Positions 20,084 through 29,858 of a stretch of DNA of 64,000 nt are shown piece after piece (the stretch's first letter is position 1; each line of letters starts with the position of its first letter). The position numbers were made by a program, and so were the translations under genes. Origin of the DNA: Deltaproteobacteria bacterium. Its GTDB lineage: Bacteria; Desulfobacterota; JBBIRW01. The notes under the pieces are model-generated. The model had not been told where the DNA came from and did not search any database. It was given only the letters and a program-made list of their open reading frames with translations. The stretch is from positions 43,297-107,296 of the forward strand of contig JBBIRW010000007.1 of NCBI GenBank assembly GCA_037441565.1, written 5' to 3'.

Positions 20084-21466
20084 CTAAAAAACTTTTGACA
20101 ATTCAGAAAACAGATATACAAAACTTTTAATGCCGCCGCTTGCCTGTCCCCAATCGAAGTTTTCATTGGGACCATGGTAGTTGTGCTCTGGTAAACTAAG
20201 ACCCATAAATATCACGGGTGCCTTAAGATATCTTTTCAAGGAAAGCACTGCTCCTATTGAACCTCCCTCGCGGACAAAAACCGGCCTTTTTCCAAATCCA
20301 TATTTAATAGCCCTCGCCACAGCATCCGCATATACACCGCTCCTTTCTCCAGAAAAGGGGTGGAGAAAGGCAAGACCACGAAGTTTTATGTCGGGATTTA
20401 ATCTCTTTACATGACCCTTTAAGATTCTAAATATGCTATGTGGATCCTGATCAGGAACAAGCCTCATGCTTATCTTTGCCTCTGCCCAAGAGGGAACGAC
20501 TGTTTTAAGGGCTGGACCGGGATAGGAACTGTTAATGACATGGACCTCAAAGGTTGGACTTCCCCATATTCTTAGAAGTGTTTCCCTCCTCTCCCTGGAT
20601 CTGAGAGACCTTAGACCATGAACCCGCATGAATTCCCTTAAACTGAATCCTGATGAGATAAAATCCCTCATCTCCCTCTCACTCACCCTTCTTACATCTT
20701 TATAAAATCCTGGAATTTTAACTCTTCCAGAATGCGCATCGTGAAGTTTTGAAATGACATCGCAAAGCTCTGCTAAAGGGTTCCTTGCAGCTCCTCCAGT
20801 TAACCCTGAGTGACTTTCTCTTTCCGCAGTCTCAAGTCTCATCGACACAGCAAGAAGACCGCGCAGAAAATAGGAGATAGCAGGCCTCTTCCTTGAGATC
20901 CATACAGTATCGGAAATAATAATACAATCAGACCTCAACATCCCTCTGTGCGTCTCAAGGAAATCCTCAAAGGAAGGGCTCCCAATTTCCTCCTCACACT
21001 CCCAGAGCAGCCTTATGTTTACAGGAATTCTCTTTTCAAATGCAAATCTTGCAGCAAAGAGTGCAGTAAGTGCAGGACCTTTATCATCCGTGCAACCCCT
21101 CCCATAATAGACATCGCCCTTTTTATAGAAATTAAAAGGATCGGTTTCCCAGCCCTCTTCGCCTGCTGGCTGGACATCCAAATGATTATATATGGTTATC
21201 CATGGTGCTTTTTCCGAAATCTGAAATGACCCAACAACAACTGGATTCCCATCTGTATCATATCGGTCTCCATGACCTCCAAAATTCTTTATTATATCAA
21301 CAGCAAAATCCGCTGCTCGATCGATGTTTCTTCTACAGGCAGGATCAGCGCTTACTGTAGGAATCCCCACCATCATGGAAAGCAACTCTTCAAAAGACAT
21401 CCGGGAAGATGATATATAACGGTCAAGATCGTGGAATATCTTTTCAGTATTAAAGTGCGATCTCAT
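20084..21466 (-). CDS. M20-family metallopeptidase (dipeptidase-like)
   Basis: 460 aa; M20 motifs NHLDVQPAG, GRGCTDDKG, ECEEEIGS. Confidence 0.8.
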   Translation of the reverse strand: MRSHFNTEKIFHDLDRYISSSRMSFEELLSMMVGIPTVSADPACRRNIDRAADFAVDIIKNFGGHGDRYDTDGNPVVVGSFQISEKAPWITIYNHLDVQPAGEEGWETDPFNFYKKGDVYYGRGCTDDKGPALTALFAARFAFEKRIPVNIRLLWECEEEIGSPSFEDFLETHRGMLRSDCIIISDTVWISRKRPAISYFLRGLLAVSMRLETAERESHSGLTGGAARNPLAELCDVISKLHDAHSGRVKIPGFYKDVRRVSEREMRDFISSGFSLREFMRVHGLRSLRSRERRETLLRIWGSPTFEVHVINSSYPGPALKTVVPSWAEAKISMRLVPDQDPHSIFRILKGHVKRLNPDIKLRGLAFLHPFSGERSGVYADAVARAIKYGFGKRPVFVREGGSIGAVLSLKRYLKAPVIFMGLSLPEHNYHGPNENFDWGQASGGIKSFVYLFSELSKVF

Positions 21467-21907
21467 ATCGCATTTAAGTAAATCCCCATTTTCGGAGGTC
21501 TAATAATAGCATAAAATATTTGATAATTGGAGCACCCGTCCATATAATTTAATAGATTTATTAAGCTCTCACCCCCTGAGGAGAATACAAAATGAGAAAA
21601 ATAATTCATGTGCTGATTTCTTAATAACGGGCTCAATCACTGCCCTTGAAATTCAAGCATCTGGAATAGGTGGAGGTGGTTTATTTGTCCCACTCCCATT
21701 TATAGGAGGGGTTGGTCTTAAAGCAGGAAAAAGCGAAGCACATATAGGGCTCGACATGAGGGTAATAAGGGTTAAGGATGCAAAGATTGCCGTCAATAAA
21801 GCAGTGCTTATCATTACAGATAGCCTTGCAAAAAAGCATATAACAGGAAGCATAGAAATTCCCTCAGCGGAAAAAGAAGAGAAGTAAACAATATTCATAG
21901 GTGAATT

Positions 21908-22447
21908 ATGAAGATGAGCAAAAGAATCAATGATTCGGTTATTGAAATTGTAAAAGGAGATATTACAAAACAGGATACAGAGGCAGTAGTTAATGCAGCC
22001 AATAAGGCTCTCGCACCTGGAGGTGGAGTAGCAGGAGCTATACACCGTGCAGCAGGACCGGAGCTCTGGGAGGAGTGCAGAACTCTTGGAGGGTGTGAAA
22101 CAGGAGAGGCAAAGATTACATCTGCCTACAGACTTCCTAACAGGTATGTAATACACACGGTGGGTCCTGTTTACAGCGGATCAGAGCAGGATGAGAAAGA
22201 TCTGAGATCGTGCTATATAAATTCACTTAAGCTTGCAAACTCCCGTGGTATAAAAACAATAGCATTTCCTGCAATTAGCACAGGTGCATTTGGATATCCC
22301 ATGGAGGATGCGGCAAGGGTTGCCATCAGGGCTGTAATCGATTTTCTAAAGGAAAACGAAGGAATAGAGCTTGTCCGCTTTGTTCTCTATGATGATAAGG
22401 CATTTTCTATACACAAAGCGGTTCTCGAAGAGATAACAAGCAGTTAA
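21908..22447 (+). CDS. macro-domain protein (O-acetyl-ADP-ribose deacetylase-like)
   Basis: 179 aa; macro-domain motifs VVNAAN, GGGVAGAIHRAAG, FPAISTGAFGYP; AGGTGA ribosome-binding site 7 nt upstream. Confidence 0.85.
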   Translation: MKMSKRINDSVIEIVKGDITKQDTEAVVNAANKALAPGGGVAGAIHRAAGPELWEECRTLGGCETGEAKITSAYRLPNRYVIHTVGPVYSGSEQDEKDLRSCYINSLKLANSRGIKTIAFPAISTGAFGYPMEDAARVAIRAVIDFLKENEGIELVRFVLYDDKAFSIHKAVLEEITSS

Positions 22448-22449
22448 AT

Positions 22450-23523
22450 TTACCTCCCGCTCTCCCTCGCCTCCCTCAATCCCCTCTCGAACGCAGCCCA
22501 GAAGGGATCTACTTTCGGGTGCTCAAGCTTCCTCTTTATCCCGCCGTCCATAATATGGATCCCCTCCTCTCTTGGAAGAACCTCGCCAACTATCGATGAA
22601 GGGATCCCTTTTTCATGGAGCCTTTGCAACACTTCCTTTGCCCGATGTGGTCTTACCGTGACGATGAGTGTCCCCTCACTTATTGAGCTGTAAGGATCTA
22701 TCTGAAACAACTCACATATCTTCTTTACCGAATCTTTCACAATTATCTTATCCTTATCCACAATCATCCCAACTCCTGATGCCTCTGCGATCTCGTAGAG
22801 ACCTCCAAGAACTCCACATTCCGTTGCATCATGCATCGCAGTGACACCCTGATCCCTCACACCGACTTCAACAGCCGTCAATGCATCCTCAACAACACTC
22901 ATCTCATAAAATATATCCTGAGCCTCCCTTGCAAAAGCCTCCCCAAAGACGCTTGCTATTTTATCACCAAAAGTTACTGCAAACAATCCCGATGCCTCAA
23001 TTGCTGCACCTTTTGTGATTATTATGAGATCCCCAACCCTTGCATCCTTCGGTGTTATGAATCTATCCTTTCTTCCTATGCTTATTACCGTTGCACCGCC
23101 AATCATCGGATATGAGCAGCCATAGTATCTTCCTGTATGACCTGCAACTATGGCAATCCCCAGTTTTTCACACTCCTCATGAATCATCATCCACATCAGC
23201 TTGAACTGCTCTGTATCCATCTCCATGGGAAGATTAAGATCAAAAGTGATGTATGCTGGCTTCAACCCTGATGTTGCTGCATCCGAAGCAAGAATGTGAA
23301 CAGCAAACCATGCCGACCTCTCCCATCCATATTCGGGAACAATGAAAACAGGATCAGTTGTCAATGCCATTACGTGATTCCCATCTATCTCAACAATACC
23401 AACATCAACCCCATGCATCGGACCCACAAGGACTTCCTTCCTCTTTCTGCCAAGATGAGGCAGTATTATCCCATCAAAGATCTCGCGTGATATCTTCCCG
23501 ATCTCAGGCATTCTGTATTTCAT
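22450..23523 (-). CDS. AIR-synthase-related (PurM-like) protein
   Basis: 357 aa; PurM-like N- and C-terminal domain pattern (GVDVGIV, HTGRYYG, ATECGVLGGL). Confidence 0.7.
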   Translation of the reverse strand: MKYRMPEIGKISREIFDGIILPHLGRKRKEVLVGPMHGVDVGIVEIDGNHVMALTTDPVFIVPEYGWERSAWFAVHILASDAATSGLKPAYITFDLNLPMEMDTEQFKLMWMMIHEECEKLGIAIVAGHTGRYYGCSYPMIGGATVISIGRKDRFITPKDARVGDLIIITKGAAIEASGLFAVTFGDKIASVFGEAFAREAQDIFYEMSVVEDALTAVEVGVRDQGVTAMHDATECGVLGGLYEIAEASGVGMIVDKDKIIVKDSVKKICELFQIDPYSSISEGTLIVTVRPHRAKEVLQRLHEKGIPSSIVGEVLPREEGIHIMDGGIKRKLEHPKVDPFWAAFERGLREARESGR

Positions 23524-23532
23524 TGTTTTTGA

Positions 23533-24111
23533 CTACTTTAACCTTTCTTCAACAACATCCCAGTTTATATTTCTGAAAAATGCCTCAATGTAATCGGCCC
23601 TCTTTAATCCATAATCAATCATGAATGCATGCTCAAAGACATCCATTATGAGGATGGGATTACATCCTGCAGGATGAGAAACATCATGTTCGTTTATCCA
23701 GAAATTTATCAGCCTTCCATTTGCAGGATCCTGATAAAGGATCACCCAGCCAATGCCTCTCATTGTCCCGCATGATTTGAAATCTTTCTCCCACTGCTCA
23801 TAGCTTCCAAAATCCTCGGCAATCTTTCTTGCTATCCTGCTTTCCTTCTTTATTCCACCCTTGCCACCGAGATTTTCAAAGTAATATTCATGAAGCCTCA
23901 TCCCGTTAAACTCCCATCCCAGTCTCCTTTTTAGCTCCGCATATTCGGGAGTCCCTGCCTTTCCATCTCTCAACATACTGTTTAACGTATCGATTAATTT
24001 GTTTGTGTTTGTTACATAACCCTGATAAAGGGTGAAGTGATTTTTGAGCAGTGTTTCGCTGAATCCTTCAATACCTATAAGCTTGCTGTAATCTTTTGGA
24101 TTGTAGCTCAT
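23533..24111 (-). CDS. sod: superoxide dismutase, Fe/Mn family
   Basis: 192 aa; Fe/Mn-SOD fold motifs (HFTLYQGYV, GWVILYQD, DVFEHAFMIDY). Confidence 0.85.
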   Translation of the reverse strand: MSYNPKDYSKLIGIEGFSETLLKNHFTLYQGYVTNTNKLIDTLNSMLRDGKAGTPEYAELKRRLGWEFNGMRLHEYYFENLGGKGGIKKESRIARKIAEDFGSYEQWEKDFKSCGTMRGIGWVILYQDPANGRLINFWINEHDVSHPAGCNPILIMDVFEHAFMIDYGLKRADYIEAFFRNINWDVVEERLK

Positions 24112-24238
24112 AAGATCCTCCTTTTGATTCTTTGTTCTTTACTGAGCGATAGAAAATAAAAACTTAAGATAATTAATACCAATGGATCTCTCTAAATTCA
24201 ATACCTTCTCTTGAATTAATGAGTTTTAATGTAGGGGA

Positions 24239-24274
24239 AGGAGGGGTCCATATCTCTCTTAATGGATCCCTCCT
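24239..24274. repeat. inverted repeat, 13-bp arms with 10-nt loop
   Basis: AGGAGGGGTCCAT / ATGGATCCCTCCT (one G-U-compatible mismatch) lying 5-40 nt beyond the bacterioferritin-like stop and about 130 nt upstream of sod; no U-tract follows. Confidence 0.4.
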
Positions 24275-24279
24275 GCTGA

Positions 24280-24717
24280 TCATTGTTCTTCTGCGAAGGT
24301 CTTGATTTGAAGGATGGCGCTGAATTTATCATCATGCCCTTCTTCATCCATTATAATCTCTTCAAGAATCCTCCTCGTCACAGGGTCACCCGCTTCCTCT
24401 GCGAGCTTTAGATGTTCTTTGTACAGTTTTATTGCCATCCTTTCACCATCGATGTCATCTTTTATCATCTTTTTGAGATCACCACCAACTTTTATCTCCC
24501 CCGGTTTTGTAACGGGTGTTCCACCAAGATAGTTTATCCTCTCCGCGAGTTTCTCAGCATGTTTCATCTCGTCGATGGCAATCTTTCTAAACATCTCGGA
24601 AATTTCGGGGCTTTCCAAACCTTCTGCCATAACATGATGCCACATATATTGTGTTATAGCAGCAAGTTCAAGTGCGAGATCATCATTTAGTGCCTTTATA
24701 AGTTTTTCTTTTGACAT
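24280..24717 (-). CDS. bacterioferritin / ferritin-like diiron protein
   Basis: 145 aa from internal ATG at 24717 (MSKEKL...), which has an AAGGAGG site upstream; two ExxH diiron motifs (DEMKHAE, DEEGHDD). Confidence 0.75.
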   Translation of the reverse strand: MSKEKLIKALNDDLALELAAITQYMWHHVMAEGLESPEISEMFRKIAIDEMKHAEKLAERINYLGGTPVTKPGEIKVGGDLKKMIKDDIDGERMAIKLYKEHLKLAEEAGDPVTRRILEEIIMDEEGHDDKFSAILQIKTFAEEQ

Positions 24718-24835
24718 GGATACCTCCTTTCTTCCTGTATACAAATATATACTTCTGATAGAATACGCCACACATTATAGCAGGAGATATCCATATCATT
24801 CAATATCAATTTTTTATCTGCAACGAATCTCTCCC

Positions 24836-25399
24836 TCAGTGATGCTCACCAAGGTAGACTTCACTTAGATGATGTAAAAGCTTATGATATTCCTCATGTT
24901 TTCCTGGGCCAATCCTCTCCCTCTCGATCCTTTCAAAGTTCTCCAAAAGCTCCTTTTCCTTTTCTACTGAAATGCGCATCTCGCCCATAGGGTAAAGGAT
25001 GTTGTCTTCCTTGTAGATGTGATCCGTAAGAAGTGAAATATAGCCCCTTGCGTTTTTTACAAAATCTACGGAAGCCTTTTCATCACCAGTCCTGTATCTC
25101 GAAAAAGCATCATTCATACCCCTCAGATAACTCCGACCCATTTCATGTTCACTAAGCATAACACCGATTGGACCCCCTTCCTTTGGAATACCCAACTCCT
25201 CAAAAGCAGGGAATAGAAGGTCTTCCTCCTTCCCATGGTGACACCTATCGGCAAATGTTCTGATGAAATCGATAATCTTTTCGATATCATCGGGCTTTAC
25301 TCTCTCGTTTTTCTGAAGCATCTCACAAACCTTCTCCAGGACTTTTAGCATAAGCTTTATTGCCTTATGTTCCTCTTTAAGTTGTTCAGTTGGTTTCAT
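24836..25399 (-). CDS. hemerythrin-like (HHE cation-binding) domain protein
   Basis: 187 aa; His/Glu-rich hemerythrin-type pattern (HHGKEEDLLFP, LSEHEMG, HIYKEDNILYP). Confidence 0.75.
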   Translation of the reverse strand: MKPTEQLKEEHKAIKLMLKVLEKVCEMLQKNERVKPDDIEKIIDFIRTFADRCHHGKEEDLLFPAFEELGIPKEGGPIGVMLSEHEMGRSYLRGMNDAFSRYRTGDEKASVDFVKNARGYISLLTDHIYKEDNILYPMGEMRISVEKEKELLENFERIERERIGPGKHEEYHKLLHHLSEVYLGEHH

Positions 25400-25479
25400 G
25401 GTGATAACCTCCCATTCTGAAATTTCCTATATATTAAATCCATCACCGGCAAAAATCTATGAGCGAAATCATATTCTGA

Positions 25480-25653
25480 TTATATTTCGCATACAAATTC
25501 GCTCTTAGGTGCACCGCATATGGGACAGACCCAGTCTTCGGGTAGTTGATCAAATGGTGTCCCTTCCCCAATATTTGATTCCGGATCTCCCTTCTCAGGA
25601 TCATAAATATATCCACAGACTGTGCACCTGTATCTTAAAAATGTATCGATCAT
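25480..25653 (-). CDS. rub: rubredoxin
   Basis: 57-aa ORF below the track cut-off: [53 protein letters not shown]. Two CxxCG knuckles and conserved YIYDPE and [11 protein letters not shown] segments. Its ATG overlaps the upstream stop (ATGA). Confidence 0.85.
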   Translation of the reverse strand: MIDTFLRYRCTVCGYIYDPEKGDPESNIGEGTPFDQLPEDWVCPICGAPKSEFVCEI

Positions 25654-26909
25654 CCTTTTACCTTCATGTTTTTTGGAAGTATTAATCTTATCGCCCTTTC
25701 ATAAAAAATATAATCCCATGCCCAGTTTATCAAAACTATAAGCCTGTTTCTGAATCCGATAAGGTTAAAAAGATGGACACTAAGCCATATTACCCATGCA
25801 GGGAAACCAGTAAATCCAAAACCTCTCAGGTGTGCAACAGCTTTATTACGACCTATTGTAACCATCGTTCCCTTATCTATATATCTGAAAGGAAGGGGAT
25901 CATCACCACGCAACTGACGGGCTATGTTTCTTCCTGCCCAATGTCCCTGCTGAATTGCAACAGGTGCAATCATAGGGAGAACTTTTCCATCTTCCTCCAG
26001 ATAAGCAAGGTCACCTATAACATAAATCCTTTGATCTTCCATCACCTGGAGTGTGGGAAGAACAGGAACCCTTCCACCTTTAATAGTTCTCAAACCTGAT
26101 TCCTCTGCTAATCTACTTCCACGAACACCTGCTGTCCATACAACGGTTCCTGTATCAATCCTCTTTCCTTCCTTTAACAAGATATGATCTTCCGCTATCT
26201 CAGTAACAATACTGTTCAATCTCACATCAACACCCATTGATTTAAGCCTATCAGCTGTATAAAGGGATAGTTTCTCAGGAATGCCAGGGAGAATAAAACC
26301 ACTAGCCTCAATAAGGATCAGTTTTACTTCACTTATATCAATGGTTGGAAAATCCTTTACAATAGGACCCCTTATAAGCTCTGCCAGCGCTCCTGCAAAC
26401 TCCACACCTGTTGGGCCACCTCCAACTATACAGAATGTAAGCATCCTTCCTCTCTTTCCACTATCCCTTTCATGAACTGCATGTTCAAAGCATGAGAGTA
26501 TATGATTCCTGAGGTAAATGGCATCATCCAATGTCTTTAAGGGAAAACTATATTCGGCTGCACCCTTCACATTAAAAAAATTTGATATACTTCCTGAGGC
26601 GATTATCAGGTAATCATAGCCAATAGTGAAGTCATCACCAACGACCATCCTTCTCCTTATGTCAATACCCTCTACCTCCCCCATTATAAACCTTACTGAT
26701 TGAAATTTTCTCAGGATACTCCTTACAGGATAGACAATATCCTCTGGCTCAAGCTCTGAGGCAGCAATTTGATATAGAAGCGGAAAAAAGGTATGATAAT
26801 TATTCCTGTCTATAAGAACTATCTCTCCATCTATCTTGCTCAGCGATTTCAGTGCCCACAGTCCACCAAAACCAGCACCTATTATAACAATCCTTGGGGC
26901 TTCAGGCAT
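25650..26909 (-). CDS. type II NADH dehydrogenase-family flavoprotein (NDH-2-like)
   Basis: 419 aa; two dinucleotide-binding motifs ([21 protein letters not shown]) and an amphipathic C-terminal anchor. Confidence 0.8.
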   Translation of the reverse strand: MPEAPRIVIIGAGFGGLWALKSLSKIDGEIVLIDRNNYHTFFPLLYQIAASELEPEDIVYPVRSILRKFQSVRFIMGEVEGIDIRRRMVVGDDFTIGYDYLIIASGSISNFFNVKGAAEYSFPLKTLDDAIYLRNHILSCFEHAVHERDSGKRGRMLTFCIVGGGPTGVEFAGALAELIRGPIVKDFPTIDISEVKLILIEASGFILPGIPEKLSLYTADRLKSMGVDVRLNSIVTEIAEDHILLKEGKRIDTGTVVWTAGVRGSRLAEESGLRTIKGGRVPVLPTLQVMEDQRIYVIGDLAYLEEDGKVLPMIAPVAIQQGHWAGRNIARQLRGDDPLPFRYIDKGTMVTIGRNKAVAHLRGFGFTGFPAWVIWLSVHLFNLIGFRNRLIVLINWAWDYIFYERAIRLILPKNMKVKG

Positions 26910-27334
26910 CAGGATTCTCCTTTATATCCTTTCAAATATCTATAATCCAGACTCAAAGGATCAGGTTCAGCATAGAGATACATTAACAGACCACCCATTA
27001 TCGCAAGATTTTTTAAAAACATGATTATCTGAAGTCTCTGAGAGAAGTCTGTATGGAAAATTATTGTTGTTGGTATTAAAAAGATCAGCAGCATTAAACT
27101 TCCCCATTTTGCCTTTATTCCAAGCAGAAGGGAAAGACCTCCGATTCCCTCGAGTAAAATTGCACCTATTAAGAAAAAACCAGGGTAAGGCATTCCATAC
27201 GCCCTCATATAGTTTATCGTCCCTGATGGGTCGATTATCTTTGTTATACATGAAATGATAAAGATAATCGAAATAAATACCCTTGAAAGTAACAAAACTA
27301 CACCCTTCATGAAAACCTCCTTTTCCAGCAGCAA
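26909..27334 (-). CDS. DoxX-family membrane protein
   Basis: 141 aa with four predicted TM helices; 1-nt stop/start overlap with the NDH-2 gene. Confidence 0.65.
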   Translation of the reverse strand: MLLEKEVFMKGVVLLLSRVFISIIFIISCITKIIDPSGTINYMRAYGMPYPGFFLIGAILLEGIGGLSLLLGIKAKWGSLMLLIFLIPTTIIFHTDFSQRLQIIMFLKNLAIMGGLLMYLYAEPDPLSLDYRYLKGYKGES

Positions 27335-27388
27335 CTCAATTTTTTATTATATGATACGATCCTCCTCAATTAAATAACCTCCTTGCCA

Positions 27389-27416
27389 GTGATTGATTCT
27401 GGGTGATTCAGTGATT
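27389..27416 (+). promoter_or_regulatory. three direct GTGATT repeats upstream of the sco-cox operon
   Basis: GTGATTgattctggGTGATTcaGTGATT ends about 10 nt before the SCO1 start at 27427, in the divergent region shared with the DoxX-NDH2-rubredoxin operon. Confidence 0.25.
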
Positions 27417-27426
27417 ATATTAATCT

Positions 27427-28236
27427 TTGGAGATGCGAATAGTATTTTTGCGAAGAATCTTTGCCTTCTTAGGAAAATATCTGCCCATAATAACTATTCT
27501 GTTAATCTCTTCCACATATCCGTTAAAGGCACATACAGATGCGATGGAAGAGAGGAAAGAGGTAATTATAGAGGATAGAACAGGTAAATTTATCCCTCTT
27601 GATCTGGATTTTACCGATGAGAATGGGAAGGTTGTTTCGATCAAGGAACTCTTTAAGAAGCCGGTGATACTTTCTCCTGTTTACTTCAGCTGTCCCAATG
27701 TTTGCAATCTCCTTCTTGAAGAGATTGCCCGTCTTATTGATAAGATGGAAGCAGAACCAGGAAGGGACTACTCCATAATAACATTTAGTTTTGATGAAAA
27801 TGATAAGCCGGAAAAGGCACTTGAAAAAAAGAGGATTTTTCAAAAGATCATCAAGAAAAAAATTCCTGATGATTCATGGAAATTCCTCACAGGAGATAGA
27901 GAATCAATTAAAAGACTCACCGATGCAATCGGGTTTAATTTCAAAAGAAAGGGCGATGAATTTATACATCCTGTTTCACTGGTTGTTCTTTCAAGTGACG
28001 GTAAGATTATCCGTTATGTTCCTGGAAAGGCACTCCTTCCATTCGATCTGAAAATGGCTATTGCGGAGGCATCTGAAGGAAGAACGGGGGCAACTATAAA
28101 TAAAGTGCTTCTTCTCTGCTACAGTTATGATCCCCAAGGCAGGAGATACGTGCTTAATATAACAAGGATTGGAGGTGTAATTATACTACTTTCACTTGCT
28201 GGATTCTCAATATTTCTTCTGAGAAACAGGAGTTAA
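27427..28236 (+). CDS. SCO1/SenC-family copper chaperone (thioredoxin-like, CxxxC)
   Basis: 269 aa; signal peptide, thioredoxin-like domain with CPNVC, conserved C-terminal YDPQGRRYV segment followed by a TM helix. Confidence 0.8.
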   Translation: MEMRIVFLRRIFAFLGKYLPIITILLISSTYPLKAHTDAMEERKEVIIEDRTGKFIPLDLDFTDENGKVVSIKELFKKPVILSPVYFSCPNVCNLLLEEIARLIDKMEAEPGRDYSIITFSFDENDKPEKALEKKRIFQKIIKKKIPDDSWKFLTGDRESIKRLTDAIGFNFKRKGDEFIHPVSLVVLSSDGKIIRYVPGKALLPFDLKMAIAEASEGRTGATINKVLLLCYSYDPQGRRYVLNITRIGGVIILLSLAGFSIFLLRNRS

Positions 28237-28238
28237 TT

Positions 28239-29858
28239 ATGACGCAGGGCTCTATTCTCCTGAAAACTCACACGATTAGCTTTCTTGAAGAAAAAGGGAG
28301 ATATAAAGGTATACTTTCCTGGATCATGTCAACGAACCATAAGAGGATAGGTCTACTCTACCTTCTCTCCATGCTTTCTTTCTTCATTATCGGTGTTATC
28401 CTCGGACTTCTTATGAGACTTGAGCTTATTGCGCCGGGAAGAACCATAATGGGTCCGCAGACGTATAATTCCATATTCACCCTTCATGGAGTTATAATGA
28501 TATTTTTATTTGTTATCCCTGGAATACCTGCTGCGTTCGGGAATTTCTTCCTTCCCATACACATAGGTGCAAGGGATGTATCATTCCCGAGAATAAATCT
28601 TCTGTCCTGGTACTTCTTCATAGGCGGAGCAACACTTGTTGTGATATCGCTTTTTACAGGTGGAGGGCCTATTGATACAGGATGGACGTTCTATGCTCCA
28701 TATAGCATAAGAACAGGAACAAATGTGTCCCTCGCTGTCCTGGGCGCTTTTTTAATCGGATTTTCCTCAATACTAACAGGGCTTAATTTTGTGACGACCA
28801 TACACAGATTGAGGGCACCTGGAATGGGGTGGTTCCGCATGCCACTTTTCGTATGGTCCCTTTATGCAACAGGCTGGGTCCAGCTTCTTGCAACACCTGT
28901 CGTTGGAATAACACTAATTCTTATCATATGTGAGAGATTTTTTGGTGTCGGTTTTTTCGATCCAGCAAAAGGGGGTGATCCTCTGTTGTTTCAGCATCTC
29001 TTCTGGATCTACTCACACCCTGCTGTTTACATAATGATCCTTCCTGCGATGGGTGTTATCTCAGAAATAATCCCTGTTTTCTCAAGGAAGAATATATTTG
29101 GATATAAGGCAATAGCATTCTCAAGTCTTTCCATAGCTCTCGTTGGATATCTTGTATGGGGACACCATATGTTCACAAGCGGTATGAGTGATACTGCAAA
29201 GTGGGTATTTTCCCTATTAACATTTCTCGTGGCAATACCAAGTGGAGTTAAAACATTCAACTGGGTTGCAACAATGTATGGAGGATCAATTGAAATTGCC
29301 CCTCCATTGCTATATGCGCTCTCGTTTATATTTGCATTTTCAATAGGCGGTTTAACAGGTCTTATAAATGGAGCAATTGCCACTGATATTCACATACATG
29401 ATACATATTTTGTTGTTGGTCATTTCCATTATACCATGTTTGGTGGAACTGCCTTTGCTTTTTTTGGTGCACTTCACTACTGGTTTCCTAAGATGTTTGG
29501 AAAGATGTATAGCATAAGACTTGCAAATATTGCCTGGCTCATCCTTTTTACAGGTTTTAATATTTTATACTTTCCCATGTTTATCCTTGGATGGGAGGGG
29601 ATGCCGAGGAGATATTATGACTATCTTCCAAGATTCCATATGCTTCATCTCATATCAACCATCGGCTCCTGGATCCTTGCAACTGGTCTTATCCTTATGT
29701 TTTACAATTTTCTACGTTCCCTGAAATATGGTGAAAGGGCAGAACATAACCCCTGGGGTGGAAGCACACTGGAATGGCAGATACAGTCCCCTCCACCCCC
29801 AGAGAACTTCGAGCATATACCTGCTGTCAGCGCAGGACCTTATGATTTCAAAAGGTGA
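28239..29858 (+). CDS. ctaD: cytochrome c oxidase subunit I (heme-copper oxidase, A-type)
   Basis: 539 aa; 12 TM; SHPAVYIMILP (His-Tyr region) and WGHHMF (CuB histidines). Confidence 0.9.
   Translation: MTQGSILLKTHTISFLEEKGRYKGILSWIMSTNHKRIGLLYLLSMLSFFIIGVILGLLMRLELIAPGRTIMGPQTYNSIFTLHGVIMIFLFVIPGIPAAFGNFFLPIHIGARDVSFPRINLLSWYFFIGGATLVVISLFTGGGPIDTGWTFYAPYSIRTGTNVSLAVLGAFLIGFSSILTGLNFVTTIHRLRAPGMGWFRMPLFVWSLYATGWVQLLATPVVGITLILIICERFFGVGFFDPAKGGDPLLFQHLFWIYSHPAVYIMILPAMGVISEIIPVFSRKNIFGYKAIAFSSLSIALVGYLVWGHHMFTSGMSDTAKWVFSLLTFLVAIPSGVKTFNWVATMYGGSIEIAPPLLYALSFIFAFSIGGLTGLINGAIATDIHIHDTYFVVGHFHYTMFGGTAFAFFGALHYWFPKMFGKMYSIRLANIAWLILFTGFNILYFPMFILGWEGMPRRYYDYLPRFHMLHLISTIGSWILATGLILMFYNFLRSLKYGERAEHNPWGGSTLEWQIQSPPPPENFEHIPAVSAGPYDFKR

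Noticed and set aside
21653-22156. 167-aa minus-strand ORF rich in Cys, Ser and Leu
   Set aside because: Low-complexity composition, overlaps the well-supported macro-domain gene start and is antisense to a more protein-like plus-strand frame; treated as spurious.
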